From Butyricimonas sp. (GTDB lineage: Bacteria > Bacteroidota > Bacteroidia > Bacteroidales > Marinifilaceae), in the NCBI GenBank assembly GCA_019423345.1, contig JAHZBN010000007.1, forward strand, positions 46,911 to 110,910: 64,000 nt of DNA, given 5' to 3'. Made by a program: the position numbers and the translations under genes. Shown here piece after piece: positions 10,341-19,398 of this stretch (its first letter is position 1; the number at the start of each line of letters is the position of its first letter). Below the pieces are notes generated by a model. The model did no database searches. It was not told the origin of the DNA and saw only the letters and a program-made list of their open reading frames with translations.

Positions 10341-13300
10341 ATGTTAAAAATAAGTCATTTCATCAGACTCTTTTTTAGTGGGATATTGTTATTGAGTTTC
10401 TCCAATATATTCGGTCAAGAGCAAGAGGATAAACTCTTGCAATTGATGAAACAGGAATTGGAGTACAGCATGGAGGAGTTAAAGAAACAGGACAATATCC
10501 CCTATTACATGAATATGCGGGCGATGGACGATTATAATATGACGGTTATAAGTTCGTTCGGGGCTGTGACAACTGCCGATGAAAGCCGTATGAGAACGTT
10601 GGTACCGCAAATCCGGTTGGGAAGTCCGGAACTGGATAATTTTAAGTATAACGGGCAGGGAAGTGTTGTCGGACCTAACGCTCAAGGAGTGCGGGGAGTC
10701 GTTTTACCTCTGGATAATGATGCCCCGGATGCTATCCGGGAAGCCATCTGGCGGGAAACTTTACGACGTTACGAGTATGCCCGTAACGTATACGACCAAA
10801 CAAAGACCCGGGCAGCGGTGAGCGTGGAGGATGAAGATAAAGCACCGTGCTTTTCGGAGGCTCCGGTGGAACATTATTACGAGCCCCCCGTGGTTGTCAG
10901 TAACCGCAATACGGCGATGTTACAATCTTGGGAGCAACGGATGAACGAGGTTTCTGCCGTGTTCAAGAGTTGTCCGGAATTGCGTCAAGGATCAGCCAGT
11001 TTTAGTTATCAAGTGTTACGGACCTATTTTGTGAATAGCGAGGGGAGCGTGGTGGTGCAGAATCGTGTGTCTACCCGGATAATGTTAACGGCATCTTTGA
11101 AAGCGGCTGATGGGATGGATTTGCCGTTGAATATAAGTTATTTCGCTTACAAGCCGGAGGATTTACCGGATAATGGCCGGATCATTGCGGACGTGCAAGA
11201 CATGATTGAACGTTTATTGGCTTTACGGGATGCTCCGGTGGCCGATCCCTACACTGGTCCAGCAATTCTTTCGGGACCTGCGAGTGGTGTGTTTTTTCAC
11301 GAAATTTTCGGTCATCGTTTGGAGGGCCACCGTTTAAAATCAGGCGGTCAGACCTTCAAAAAAATGGTAGGGGAACAGGTTTTGCCCGAGGAGTTTCAAG
11401 TATATTGCGATCCGTTGCAAAAGCGTTATGCCAACACGGATTTGTACGGTCACTATGTGTATGATGACGAGGGCGTGAAAGCGCGTCGGGTGGATAACGT
11501 GGTGAATGGCGTGTTGAAAGAGTTCCTTATGAGCCGGGTTCCGTTGGACGGTTTCCCCGTGAGTAACGGTCACGGGCGTACTTCCGGAGGGGGTGATCCC
11601 GTGTCCCGGCAATCCAACTTGATTATCGAAACCAATCGTCCCTACACGGAAGATGAATTGCGTGCCATGCTGGTGGAAGAAGCCAAGAAACAAGGAAGAG
11701 AATACGGTTATTACTTTCGCTCGGTAACAAGCGGTTTCACCTACACGGGCGAGGGAGGAAGTTTGAACTCGTTTAACGTGACTCCCTTGGAAGTGTACCG
11801 GGTGTTCGTGGACGGTCGTCCGGACCAATTGGTGCGGGGTGTGGATTTGATTGGAACGCCGTTGTCAATGTTTTCCAATATTACAGCAGCCGGTGACGAG
11901 CCGAGCGTGTTTACGGGATCTTGTGGCGCGGAATCGGGTTGGGTGCCTGTAACGGCGATATCCCCCACGATATTCGTGAGCCAGATAGAGACTCAGCGGC
12001 GGGAACAAGCCCGGGATATTCCCCCGGTTTTACCTTCACCGAAACCGGAAAATAAAATTGTCAGGGACACGGATGAAACTATTTTTGCGGCTATGCGTGC
12101 CGAGTTGGACCGTAATAATGCTGCTTTGATGTTACCGAATAGTCCCAAGCCTTACTATATCTCGTACACGGTAGCCCGTTTCCGATATTTCTCGGTAGCC
12201 GGTTCGTTGGGAGGTATCCTGTTTTCGAGAGTTTCACCGTGGCAAATGAACGGGGGAGCGCGGATGATGCTAGGGGATTATCAACGTAATAATGATGTGC
12301 AGTATTCCGAACAGGTTGTTCCGGTCAAGTTACCGGCTGAGGTGGATTATGACGTGATTCGTCGCGGGTTTTGGGAATCGTCGGATATGATGTACAAATA
12401 TTCGTTGGGGATGATGGCGCAGAAAGCGAATTTCTTGCAACAGAATCCGCAATCGCCCGAGATGGCTGCTTTGCCGGAAATGCAGCAACTACCAGCCGTT
12501 ACCCGTATACAAGAACGGACAATGAAGTTCGAGATTGATCAGGCGGTTTTGGAACGGTTGGTAGCCGAAGCTTCGGCGGTATTTAAAGAGTATAAAGATA
12601 TTTATAACTCCAGCGTGGCGATTAGTGGAACAGAAATAGACCTTTATCGGTTAACCTCGGAAGGCGTGCAATTAAAGGAGCCGGGCGGACAGGTGACTTT
12701 GTCGATTATTGCGGAGGCCCGTGCTGATGACGGCTCGACTGTCGGCGATTCTTTCTCGCTCTCGTTATTGAACCCGGTAGAAATTCTCTCTATTGAAAAA
12801 ATGAAAGAACGGGTGAAAGCCTTTGCCGAAAGTTTGATGCAATTAAAGTCAGCTCCTCCGGTGGAAGAATATTACAACGGGCCGATTATGTTTGAGGGAG
12901 GAGCCGTGGCAACGATTTTGTCCGGTAATCTTCTGTATCGCGGAGGACTGATTGCGAACCGTTCGCTTGGTCCGTCTCGTGGTGGTTTGGAAGATCAGTT
13001 CGGTGGAAAGATTATAGATAGTCGATTGACTATTAAGAATTACACGACAATGAAAGAGTATAACGGAACCCCGTTATACGGGTATTACGAGATGGACGGG
13101 GATGGTGTTACTCCGGCAGCAGAGATGACGTTGGTTGAGAAAGGTGTATTTAAAAAGATGCTGAACGGACGGATTCCTGCGTTGAAAGCCCCGGAATCGA
13201 CAGGCAGTGCTCGCTTTATGTTTTCTCCGCAAAGTCCAACCATTGCGGTTGGCGTCGGGACGATTCATGTACAGGTGGATAAGGGGGATTCCCATGCGAA

Positions 13301-13646
13301 GATGAAGAAGATACTTATTAAAGCGGCAAAGGATGCCGGACAATCGTGTGCTTATATTGCGAGAGGAATTGCCGGGTCAGTTCCCGTGGTCTACCGCGTT
13401 GACCTTAAGGACGGAAAAGAAACCCGTGTCCGCACAGCCGGATTCCGTATGCCCGATTTAACGAAGTTACAGAAGATTGTGGCGATATCTTCGAAAGAAG
13501 AGGTGATGAATTTTATTCCGAATTACTATCCCGCCTCAATGATCTATCCCGCCGGAATGATTGTGGATGGTTTGGTTATCGAGAAAACTAGTCTGAAAAC
13601 AGAGAAAGAACCGGCGTTGAAAGTACCGAGACAACGGGAGGAGTGA
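10341..13646 (+). CDS. secreted double-module TldD/PmbA-family metallopeptidase
   Basis: ATG at 10341 gives a signal peptide (MLKISHFIRLFFSGILLLSFSNIFGQ). The track's 10254 start overlaps the upstream gene. TldD-type HExxxH site GVFFHEIFGHRLEGHRL. About twice the length of single TldD/PmbA proteins. Confidence 0.75.
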   Translation: MLKISHFIRLFFSGILLLSFSNIFGQEQEDKLLQLMKQELEYSMEELKKQDNIPYYMNMRAMDDYNMTVISSFGAVTTADESRMRTLVPQIRLGSPELDNFKYNGQGSVVGPNAQGVRGVVLPLDNDAPDAIREAIWRETLRRYEYARNVYDQTKTRAAVSVEDEDKAPCFSEAPVEHYYEPPVVVSNRNTAMLQSWEQRMNEVSAVFKSCPELRQGSASFSYQVLRTYFVNSEGSVVVQNRVSTRIMLTASLKAADGMDLPLNISYFAYKPEDLPDNGRIIADVQDMIERLLALRDAPVADPYTGPAILSGPASGVFFHEIFGHRLEGHRLKSGGQTFKKMVGEQVLPEEFQVYCDPLQKRYANTDLYGHYVYDDEGVKARRVDNVVNGVLKEFLMSRVPLDGFPVSNGHGRTSGGGDPVSRQSNLIIETNRPYTEDELRAMLVEEAKKQGREYGYYFRSVTSGFTYTGEGGSLNSFNVTPLEVYRVFVDGRPDQLVRGVDLIGTPLSMFSNITAAGDEPSVFTGSCGAESGWVPVTAISPTIFVSQIETQRREQARDIPPVLPSPKPENKIVRDTDETIFAAMRAELDRNNAALMLPNSPKPYYISYTVARFRYFSVAGSLGGILFSRVSPWQMNGGARMMLGDYQRNNDVQYSEQVVPVKLPAEVDYDVIRRGFWESSDMMYKYSLGMMAQKANFLQQNPQSPEMAALPEMQQLPAVTRIQERTMKFEIDQAVLERLVAEASAVFKEYKDIYNSSVAISGTEIDLYRLTSEGVQLKEPGGQVTLSIIAEARADDGSTVGDSFSLSLLNPVEILSIEKMKERVKAFAESLMQLKSAPPVEEYYNGPIMFEGGAVATILSGNLLYRGGLIANRSLGPSRGGLEDQFGGKIIDSRLTIKNYTTMKEYNGTPLYGYYEMDGDGVTPAAEMTLVEKGVFKKMLNGRIPALKAPESTGSARFMFSPQSPTIAVGVGTIHVQVDKGDSHAKMKKILIKAAKDAGQSCAYIARGIAGSVPVVYRVDLKDGKETRVRTAGFRMPDLTKLQKIVAISSKEEVMNFIPNYYPASMIYPAGMIVDGLVIEKTSLKTEKEPALKVPRQREE

Positions 13647-13689
13647 GTTTTAAATTTTAGATTTTAAATTTTGGATTAAAAATGACAAG

Positions 13690-14790
13690 ATGAAGAAGAT
13701 TTTAATTACGATATGCACGTTGTTTGCTTGTGTCATGTTATCCGTGGCACAAGGCGATAGTTACAGAATTACGGGCCAGGTGGGTAACTCCGTCAACGGG
13801 AAATTACTGTTGGTGGCTCTCACGGAAAAGGGCTTGATTGATATCGGAGAGGCGGTCATCACGAATGGAACTTTCGAGTTCACGGGCCGGATGTCGGAAA
13901 CGACGTTGGCTTACTTGATGCCGGTCCAGAGAAATGCGGCATTGGCAACCATTATGCTGGAGAATGCGAATTACACGATTACTGCGGGTACAAATGAATT
14001 GCTCGTGGAAGGCGGTGGGGAGGCTCAAAGAATATTGAAGGAGTTCAACGATTTGGAAAAATATCTGATACAAAGCGGACAACAATTGCAAGCACAAGCT
14101 AAGGCGAATCCTACACAAGCACAAAAACTGCGGGAAAATTTCAAAAAGATAATAACTCAAGTGGAGACTGAAGAATTGGCATTGTTGAACAAGTATAGCG
14201 ATACATACGTGGCCGCTTATGTTGTGTATGCCAAATTGTCACAATCCTTTGATGAAACGAAGTTGGAAGAACGCTATAATATCTTGGGAGAAAAGGCTAA
14301 AGCTACCATTTATGGCAAACAAATCGCTGCCGAACTGAAAAAGATTCAAAAATTAGCGATAGGAGCCATTGCTCCCGACTTTACGGCCCCGTTATCCGAT
14401 GGTGGTGTACTTTCTCTGCACGAGACAAAGGCTAAAGTAAAAGTTGTTGATTTCTGGGCATCTTGGTGTCAACCTTGCCGAGCAGAGAATGTGAACCTGA
14501 TAAAGATTTACAAACGCTTCCGCCCGAAGGGGTTGGAAATCATCAGCGTTTCACTCGATGACAACAAACACGCTTGGTTGGCTGCCATCGGGCAGGACGG
14601 TTGCAATTGGAAGTGTGTGTCTGATTTGAAAGGACAAAAATCAGAAATCGCCGCTGAATACCAAGTGAAAGGCATCCCTTGTACCTTTATCCTCGACGAG
14701 GAAAACCGCATCGTGGCTAAAAATCTCCGGGGTAGAGAACTAGAGAAAAAGATTGAGGAGATGTTGAAAAAGAAGAAGGATAAGGAGTAG
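13690..14790 (+). CDS. TlpA-family thiol:disulfide oxidoreductase with an N-terminal DUF4369-like domain
   Basis: 366 aa. Signal peptide. Thioredoxin CxxC site FWASWCQPCRAE. Pattern …GIPCTFILDEENRIVAKNLRG. Paralogue at 30691. Confidence 0.85.
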   Translation: MKKILITICTLFACVMLSVAQGDSYRITGQVGNSVNGKLLLVALTEKGLIDIGEAVITNGTFEFTGRMSETTLAYLMPVQRNAALATIMLENANYTITAGTNELLVEGGGEAQRILKEFNDLEKYLIQSGQQLQAQAKANPTQAQKLRENFKKIITQVETEELALLNKYSDTYVAAYVVYAKLSQSFDETKLEERYNILGEKAKATIYGKQIAAELKKIQKLAIGAIAPDFTAPLSDGGVLSLHETKAKVKVVDFWASWCQPCRAENVNLIKIYKRFRPKGLEIISVSLDDNKHAWLAAIGQDGCNWKCVSDLKGQKSEIAAEYQVKGIPCTFILDEENRIVAKNLRGRELEKKIEEMLKKKKDKE

Positions 14791-14806
14791 ATAAAACTCC
14801 TTCCCG

Positions 14807-14915
14807 GTTCTCCCCTAGGGCATGTTAGATGTAGAGATTTTAGATTTAACGATTCTTTCACTCATGGTCCTTTGTCATTTTGAATCCTAAATTCTAAATG
14901 TCCTTTGGGGAGAAC
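14807..14915. repeat. long imperfect palindrome built from tttagattt-type motifs
   Basis: Outer arms gttctcccc (14807-14815) and ggggagaac (14907-14915). Inner arms agattttagatttaacgattc and gaatcctaaattctaaat are imperfect reverse complements. Confidence 0.6.
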
Positions 14916-14949
14916 TAAATTACTTTAAAACAACTTCTAAATCAAGATT

Positions 14950-15228
14950 ATGAACAGGAGATTTAAATTAATTTTTGGGAGTGTCGCCTTTTTTGTAGGT
15001 GTGTTGTTAATGGTTTTCAGTCTATCGCATTTTATTTCAACACTGCTGATGCTTATCGGTGTGATTTTTATCCTTAACGTGTTGATTGAAAGAAAGAGTG
15101 TGTTTTTGGTGGTATCTATCATATTGACGCTACTGACGGTCTTCGTGTATGTTAATATATACGGTTTTAGGGGTATCGAACGTGTCGAACAGCGAGTAAA
15201 CAAAATAGAGTGTATTGAAAATGAATAG
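14950..15228 (+). CDS. small integral membrane protein (about 3 hydrophobic helices), unknown function
   Basis: 92 aa, dominated by hydrophobic segments (VAFFVGVLLMVFSL, LLMLIGVIFILNVLI, FLVVSIILTLLTVFVYV). AT-rich region. No family recognised. Confidence 0.4.
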   Translation: MNRRFKLIFGSVAFFVGVLLMVFSLSHFISTLLMLIGVIFILNVLIERKSVFLVVSIILTLLTVFVYVNIYGFRGIERVEQRVNKIECIENE

Positions 15229-15371
15229 TTAATAAACAAAATTCAATTTGCTCATTTTGTACACTAAAGTAATGTTTAACGATTATACATTTATTGCCTA
15301 TGGAATGATAAAAATAACTATATACCAAATAGATATGAATCATTAGTGACTAATGCCTAATTTCGAATATT

Positions 15372-15893
15372 ATGGGGGAAAAACTACTGTTATTTTTGGT
15401 GATAAGTACGCTGATCAGCCAATCGTCATGCGTTTCGGTGCATAAAAAATTGGCGAAACAGGAGAGGATAGATGCGATTTATGCGAAAATAGATAGTCGG
15501 GAGTATCGGATTGATATATACCCTCCATATAGGGTTGAAACGGATGGTCCCGTCATATATGTTCCGGAATATTTCCAAGTAAGTGGAGATTCTTTAATCT
15601 CTTGTATGCTCCAGGATAATCCTTTTTCGGGTTCGTTTCCTCCTAAAGGTTACGCGGAACAGATGAAAAGTTCGAAATATAAAATTTTTGATTATAAGCA
15701 AATCGTAACTCGTAGTGGTCGGCGGATTGTGAGTTTCTGGGTCAAAATAAAATATGTATGGGATGATATCTATTTCTTGACAAGATACGAAGATCAGTTT
15801 GTTCCTATTTATTACAAGCTTGAATTCGGGAAAACACTCAAGGTGCGAGTTCTTCAAAATGAATATCCGATGTCTGGAGTATTGTCGTTGTGA
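15372..15893 (+). CDS. hypothetical lipoprotein
   Basis: 173 aa. Signal/lipobox-like LISQSSC. No family recognised. Confidence 0.45.
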   Translation: MGEKLLLFLVISTLISQSSCVSVHKKLAKQERIDAIYAKIDSREYRIDIYPPYRVETDGPVIYVPEYFQVSGDSLISCMLQDNPFSGSFPPKGYAEQMKSSKYKIFDYKQIVTRSGRRIVSFWVKIKYVWDDIYFLTRYEDQFVPIYYKLEFGKTLKVRVLQNEYPMSGVLSL

Positions 15894-15937
15894 ATGTGGT
15901 AGCGAAAAATTTGGTATTAACCAATAATTTATGGATT

Positions 15938-16612
15938 ATGAAAAAAATAATTTTAACCTTATTTATATGCTTATCTTGCATCATAGTAGCAAACGCTAGA
16001 TTGTACCCACATGTCGTGGATACTTTGCTAAAGAGAGTAGTTAACGGCTTGGAAGTGATTCCGGTAAGAACAACCTATTATGATTCGGGAGAGATATATT
16101 GGGATTTGAGAGTCTCTGATTTTGAGAAATGTTTTCAGCGGTTCGAGAGTAAATGTCCGGGAGAAATTAATTACAAATTGAACTCTGATGAAGTGAACCA
16201 AGCTATTTATGATTGGCAGGATAAACTTTGGGAAATATATCCTCCGGAAATAAAAGCTTTAAAAGACTTTGATCTGGTACTTTTTATTGATAAAAATGGA
16301 CGTGTTTTTGCAGTGGAGTTTTCTATGCCCGATGAAGCGTTTCAGAAACTGGAAGAACTCCCGGAGAATACGTTGAAAAACTTTTACCAAAATTTGATAA
16401 AAAAGAAGTGTAAAGCTTTTAAAGAAATAGATTTCCATGTTTTGGATTCTAATAATGATTTCGATAGACCGGAATATACAACCATCTGGTTGAGAAAGGT
16501 TGGTTATGACATATTCGGTACATTTAACCCGTTGAATTTACCGAGAGAAGAGTTCAGAAGATTGATCGAAGAGGAAGAGGCAAGAATGAAAAGCCAGCAG
16601 AAAGAACAATAA
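15938..16612 (+). CDS. secreted hypothetical protein (shares a core motif with 31805 and 32461 products)
   Basis: ATG at 15938 gives the signal peptide MKKIILTLFICLSCIIVANA. The track's GTG at 15890 adds a non-hydrophobic extension. Core LVLFIDKNGRVFAVEFSMP. Confidence 0.5.
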   Translation: MKKIILTLFICLSCIIVANARLYPHVVDTLLKRVVNGLEVIPVRTTYYDSGEIYWDLRVSDFEKCFQRFESKCPGEINYKLNSDEVNQAIYDWQDKLWEIYPPEIKALKDFDLVLFIDKNGRVFAVEFSMPDEAFQKLEELPENTLKNFYQNLIKKKCKAFKEIDFHVLDSNNDFDRPEYTTIWLRKVGYDIFGTFNPLNLPREEFRRLIEEEEARMKSQQKEQ

Positions 16613-16633
16613 GTCTTCTTCCTTGTGAATACC

Positions 16634-16681
16634 CTTATTCCTTCATAATTACTATGATGAGAAGTAATTATGAAGAATAAG
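16634..16681 (+). terminator. strong stem-loop downstream of the 15938 gene (18-bp stem with one bulge)
   Basis: cttattccttcataattac / tatgatgagaa / gtaattatgaagaataag. No clear U-tract, so terminator function is uncertain. Confidence 0.4.
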
Positions 16682-16863
16682 TAGGCGAAAGATACATATA
16701 AAATGAGGATCGTTTCAGGGTTTGTCAAAAAGCGGTCCTCTTTTTAAATTTTTTGCCTGCTTGCAGAGAATGTTTGGCCTTTTGTTTTCCGGTTTTGTTT
16801 GCAAATATCAATAATCACTACAACCGCCGGGGCTGATTTTACGAGGTGTAAAATCAATAATCT

Positions 16864-17265
16864 ATGGAAAACAAAAAGACCAATACTTTGATACATTTGA
16901 ACGGCCTCCGTTATGGTGAGGGACATATATTTCTTTGGTGGGAGAATTATTGGCGGCGGCTTTTGTACGTTGACATTCTTTACATTGAGGGATCGGGCAG
17001 TTATTGTGAATTTCACGCGATCGACGGGAGTCGGATGACGATTTCTTATCGTTTGGGGGTGATGAAACACTCGTTACCGGACGACACGTTTATCCGGATA
17101 CACCAGAGTTTCATCTTGAACTGGCGTTACATCGATACATTTGTGGGCAATAGCGTGAAAATCGGTGACCGATGGTTTCCGGTAGGTCGGACTTATCGTC
17201 CCCACCTGCTGCAAGTGTTGCATTTCCCGAAACTTCCCCTGCAAAATAGTAAACAAGAGTTATAA
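16864..17265 (+). CDS. stand-alone LytTR-domain DNA-binding protein (no receiver domain)
   Basis: 133 aa. LytTR pattern ILYIEGSGSYCEFHAIDGSRMTISYRLGVMKHSLPDDTFIRIHQSFILNWRYI. Confidence 0.75.
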   Translation: MENKKTNTLIHLNGLRYGEGHIFLWWENYWRRLLYVDILYIEGSGSYCEFHAIDGSRMTISYRLGVMKHSLPDDTFIRIHQSFILNWRYIDTFVGNSVKIGDRWFPVGRTYRPHLLQVLHFPKLPLQNSKQEL

Positions 17266-17329
17266 TTATCATCTTTAATCACCAATCCGCCTGGAGAATC
17301 GGCCATCGGCGGCTTTTCCTGGGTGTTGG

Positions 17330-17640
17330 TATGTAATATGTCAATCACGGCTATAAGAGGGTAATAGATTTTTTTAGTCGCCAGAAACATGAAAAAAATG
17401 GGAGTTCCCTTAGATATGATAGTTTTAAACACAAGGCTAACAGGGGAAGAGATAGAACGGTTGTAACTTCAACGTGTAGAGAGATTGTGATCGCTAATTT
17501 TCTCATGCCATGTTTCAAAAATTCTCTCTCGGCTTTTATTTCTAGCGGAATGATATGTTGTTGATCTTGTAAAATATAATCGATTTTGGCATGACTGTTT
17601 TTACTTTCTTGTAACCAGTAGTTCAGTTGACGTTTGTAAT
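17330..17640 (-). pseudogene. remnant of the C-terminus of a DUF4143-type AAA ATPase gene
   Basis: The minus strand reads YKRQLNYWLQESKNSHAKIDYILQDQQHIIPLEIKAERE…. A stop lies 3 codons upstream. The expected tail (…IYYPLIAV) is in another frame (ORF 17193..17432). Confidence 0.35.
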
Positions 17641-17969
17641 TTTTTTATTCCTCAAGTTAATTTGCATTGAATCCAAGGTTGTCGATACTTGTTGTATTTA
17701 TTATACTAAATACCCGAACATCTTTCGTTGCGTGCAGGGTGTTCTTAGGGATTAAACACGTATCACTTTCGAATCAAAGACGTTTCAAAGACGTTCAGAA
17801 GTGTCTTTGATTCGGGAGAGAAAGGCTGTTGTTGCCTGTTTGTTGGAGATGCTTGTTGGTGATTCTTCGTTTTATTACATGAATTGTTTTGGGGACTTTT
17901 GTTGGAGCGGGTCCCTGTTTTTATGAATGAGAGAAATGTGGGACTTATCCTGAATATGTAGTGAAAAAT

Positions 17970-18001
17970 GTCGTTTGTGAAAAGATTCGGTCGTTTGTGA
18001 A
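17970..18001 (+). promoter_or_regulatory. exact 12-bp direct repeat gtcgtttgtgaa x2, 20 bp start-to-start (candidate LytTR-type binding site)
   Basis: Copies at 17970-17981 and 17990-18001, immediately upstream of a TAnnTTTG box. Confidence 0.4.
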
Positions 18002-18030
18002 TTAGAATTTTATACGGGGAATGCATGCCC

Positions 18031-18038
18031 TACCTTTG
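18031..18038 (+). promoter_or_regulatory. Bacteroidota -7 promoter box (TAnnTTTG)
   Basis: tacctttg, 39 nt upstream of the ATG at 18077. Confidence 0.4.
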
Positions 18039-18076
18039 CTTCAGAAAACAAAGAAAATTTTAAATATAAACGAGCG

Positions 18077-18700
18077 ATGGCAATAGTAGACGAAAATATT
18101 CGAGGAAAGATCGGGAATTCGGTTTTCTACCGGGTCGGGGTTGTAACACGGGTGAGGAGTGCGGCAACGAGTTACACGGATGCGAATACGACAAAACAAC
18201 AGGAAAGCCGTTCCCGTTTGAGGGTGGCGATACGTTTTTACCGACGTTTGGTGGAGATCGGGTTACAGGAGGCGTGGTATCTGGCGGCTAAAGGAACCGG
18301 AAAAAGTGGGTACAATTTCTTTTTGAAATTAAACATGATGGTTTTTAAGCCTAACGGGAAGATTGGAGATTTTGCCCGATTGCAGTTGACGATTGGAATG
18401 TTGCAGAAGGTAAATCATCTCATGGCACGTGTTGACGGGGAAGATACGGTTTCCTTGTCATGGGAGAAGGCAGAGTATCTTCCTTCAGCGGGGGCAGGGG
18501 ATGAGTTGGTGGTTGTCGTGCTTTATGCCGATCGTTCGTTTTCTCCGGAATTTGTTAAGACTAACGGGGAGACAAGAGGTGACGAGGAAGCCACTTTTCG
18601 TTTACAACGTAAACGGGGGACGGCGGCTCACTTGTACTGTTTCTTCCGGGGAAAGAACGGGGAAGCGTATTCTCCGAGCCAATATCTTGGGGTTTCATGA
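18077..18700 (+). CDS. unknown-function protein, paralogue A (resembles what I recall as the DUF6266 family)
   Basis: 207 aa. Shares blocks with the 20048 product: IRGKIGNSV / LLGKARKSV, TTKQQESRSRLRVAIRFYRRL / TPEVLAQRARMKALVQLSRQL, and C-terminal LYCFFRGKNGEAYSPSQ / LYCFATLKNGKGASDSQ. Confidence 0.5.
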   Translation: MAIVDENIRGKIGNSVFYRVGVVTRVRSAATSYTDANTTKQQESRSRLRVAIRFYRRLVEIGLQEAWYLAAKGTGKSGYNFFLKLNMMVFKPNGKIGDFARLQLTIGMLQKVNHLMARVDGEDTVSLSWEKAEYLPSAGAGDELVVVVLYADRSFSPEFVKTNGETRGDEEATFRLQRKRGTAAHLYCFFRGKNGEAYSPSQYLGVS

Positions 18701-18914
18701 TTTTAGATTTACGATTGGGTGATTAAGGTATTTCCGAATAGAAGATTACTTTATAAACCTTATAGATTAATAGAAGACGAGGCGTTTAATTGTTCCTGAC
18801 GTGTCGTTACGGGGGAGACTTGGGTGAGGGTAAAAGGGAACAGGTAATTTTAATACAGAGAAATATGGCAAAAAGAGAGACAAGTAAAAGAGAAGAAATG
18901 ACAGAGGTGAAGAA

Positions 18915-19313
18915 TTGTATCGTTACGGCTTTACGGCTTTGGAAGGAGTGAAAGGTGTGGTCGGGGCGGTTGGCAAGGTGATTGACCGCCTGACACTCCC
19001 GGCGAGGGAGAAGCGGCAATTGGAAGCGGAATTATTGGAATTGCTGGTTGAACACGAGAAGGAGATGGCCCGATCCCGCTCGACAGTGGTGGTGGAAGAG
19101 GCCCGGGGAAACTGGTTGCAGCGATCATGGAGGCCGTTGGTGATGTTGGTGTTTGCGTTGATCGTTCTCGTGGGAACGTTCACGACGTTGCCTATCCTTT
19201 CCGATACTTCTCGTTTTTGGGATTTATTGGAAATCGGCTTGGGTGGTTACGTGGTCGGACGGGGTGGAGAAAAAATGGCCGCAGCCATTTTTAGGTTAAA
19301 AGCTAAAAAGTAA
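18915..19313 (+). CDS. 3TM-type holin (the 'holin of 3TMs, for gene-transfer release' family)
   Basis: 132 aa (TTG start in track; exact start uncertain). Has GVVGAVGKVIDRL…EKRQLEAELLEL…GNWLQRSWRPLVMLVFALIVLVGTF, typical of this holin family. Confidence 0.65.
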   Translation: MYRYGFTALEGVKGVVGAVGKVIDRLTLPAREKRQLEAELLELLVEHEKEMARSRSTVVVEEARGNWLQRSWRPLVMLVFALIVLVGTFTTLPILSDTSRFWDLLEIGLGGYVVGRGGEKMAAAIFRLKAKK

Positions 19314-19353
19314 AAGTTAAAAACTTGGTTAACTAAATTTTTTATTTATGGCA

Positions 19354-19382
19354 TTTTCAATTTTCAATTCTTCATTTTCAAT
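19354..19382 (+). repeat. ttttcaa-type heptamer repeat tract
   Basis: ttttcaattttcaattcttcattttcaat. Translates to the artefactual FSIFNSSFSI at the head of track ORF 19348. Confidence 0.7.
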
Positions 19383-19398
19383 CGTGAACCATCGCTTG

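Noticed and set aside
16744-17070. 108-aa minus-strand ORF overlapping the LytTR gene start
   Set aside because: It overlaps the well-supported LytTR CDS and has low-complexity, Pro/Lys-rich composition.
17849-17926. 25-aa Cys-containing micro-ORF (MLVGDSSFYYMNCFGDFCWSGSLFL) upstream of the LytTR-type repeats, tempting as a signalling peptide
   Set aside because: No ribosome-binding or promoter evidence, no conservation information, and it lies in decayed DNA next to a gene scar. Too speculative to call.
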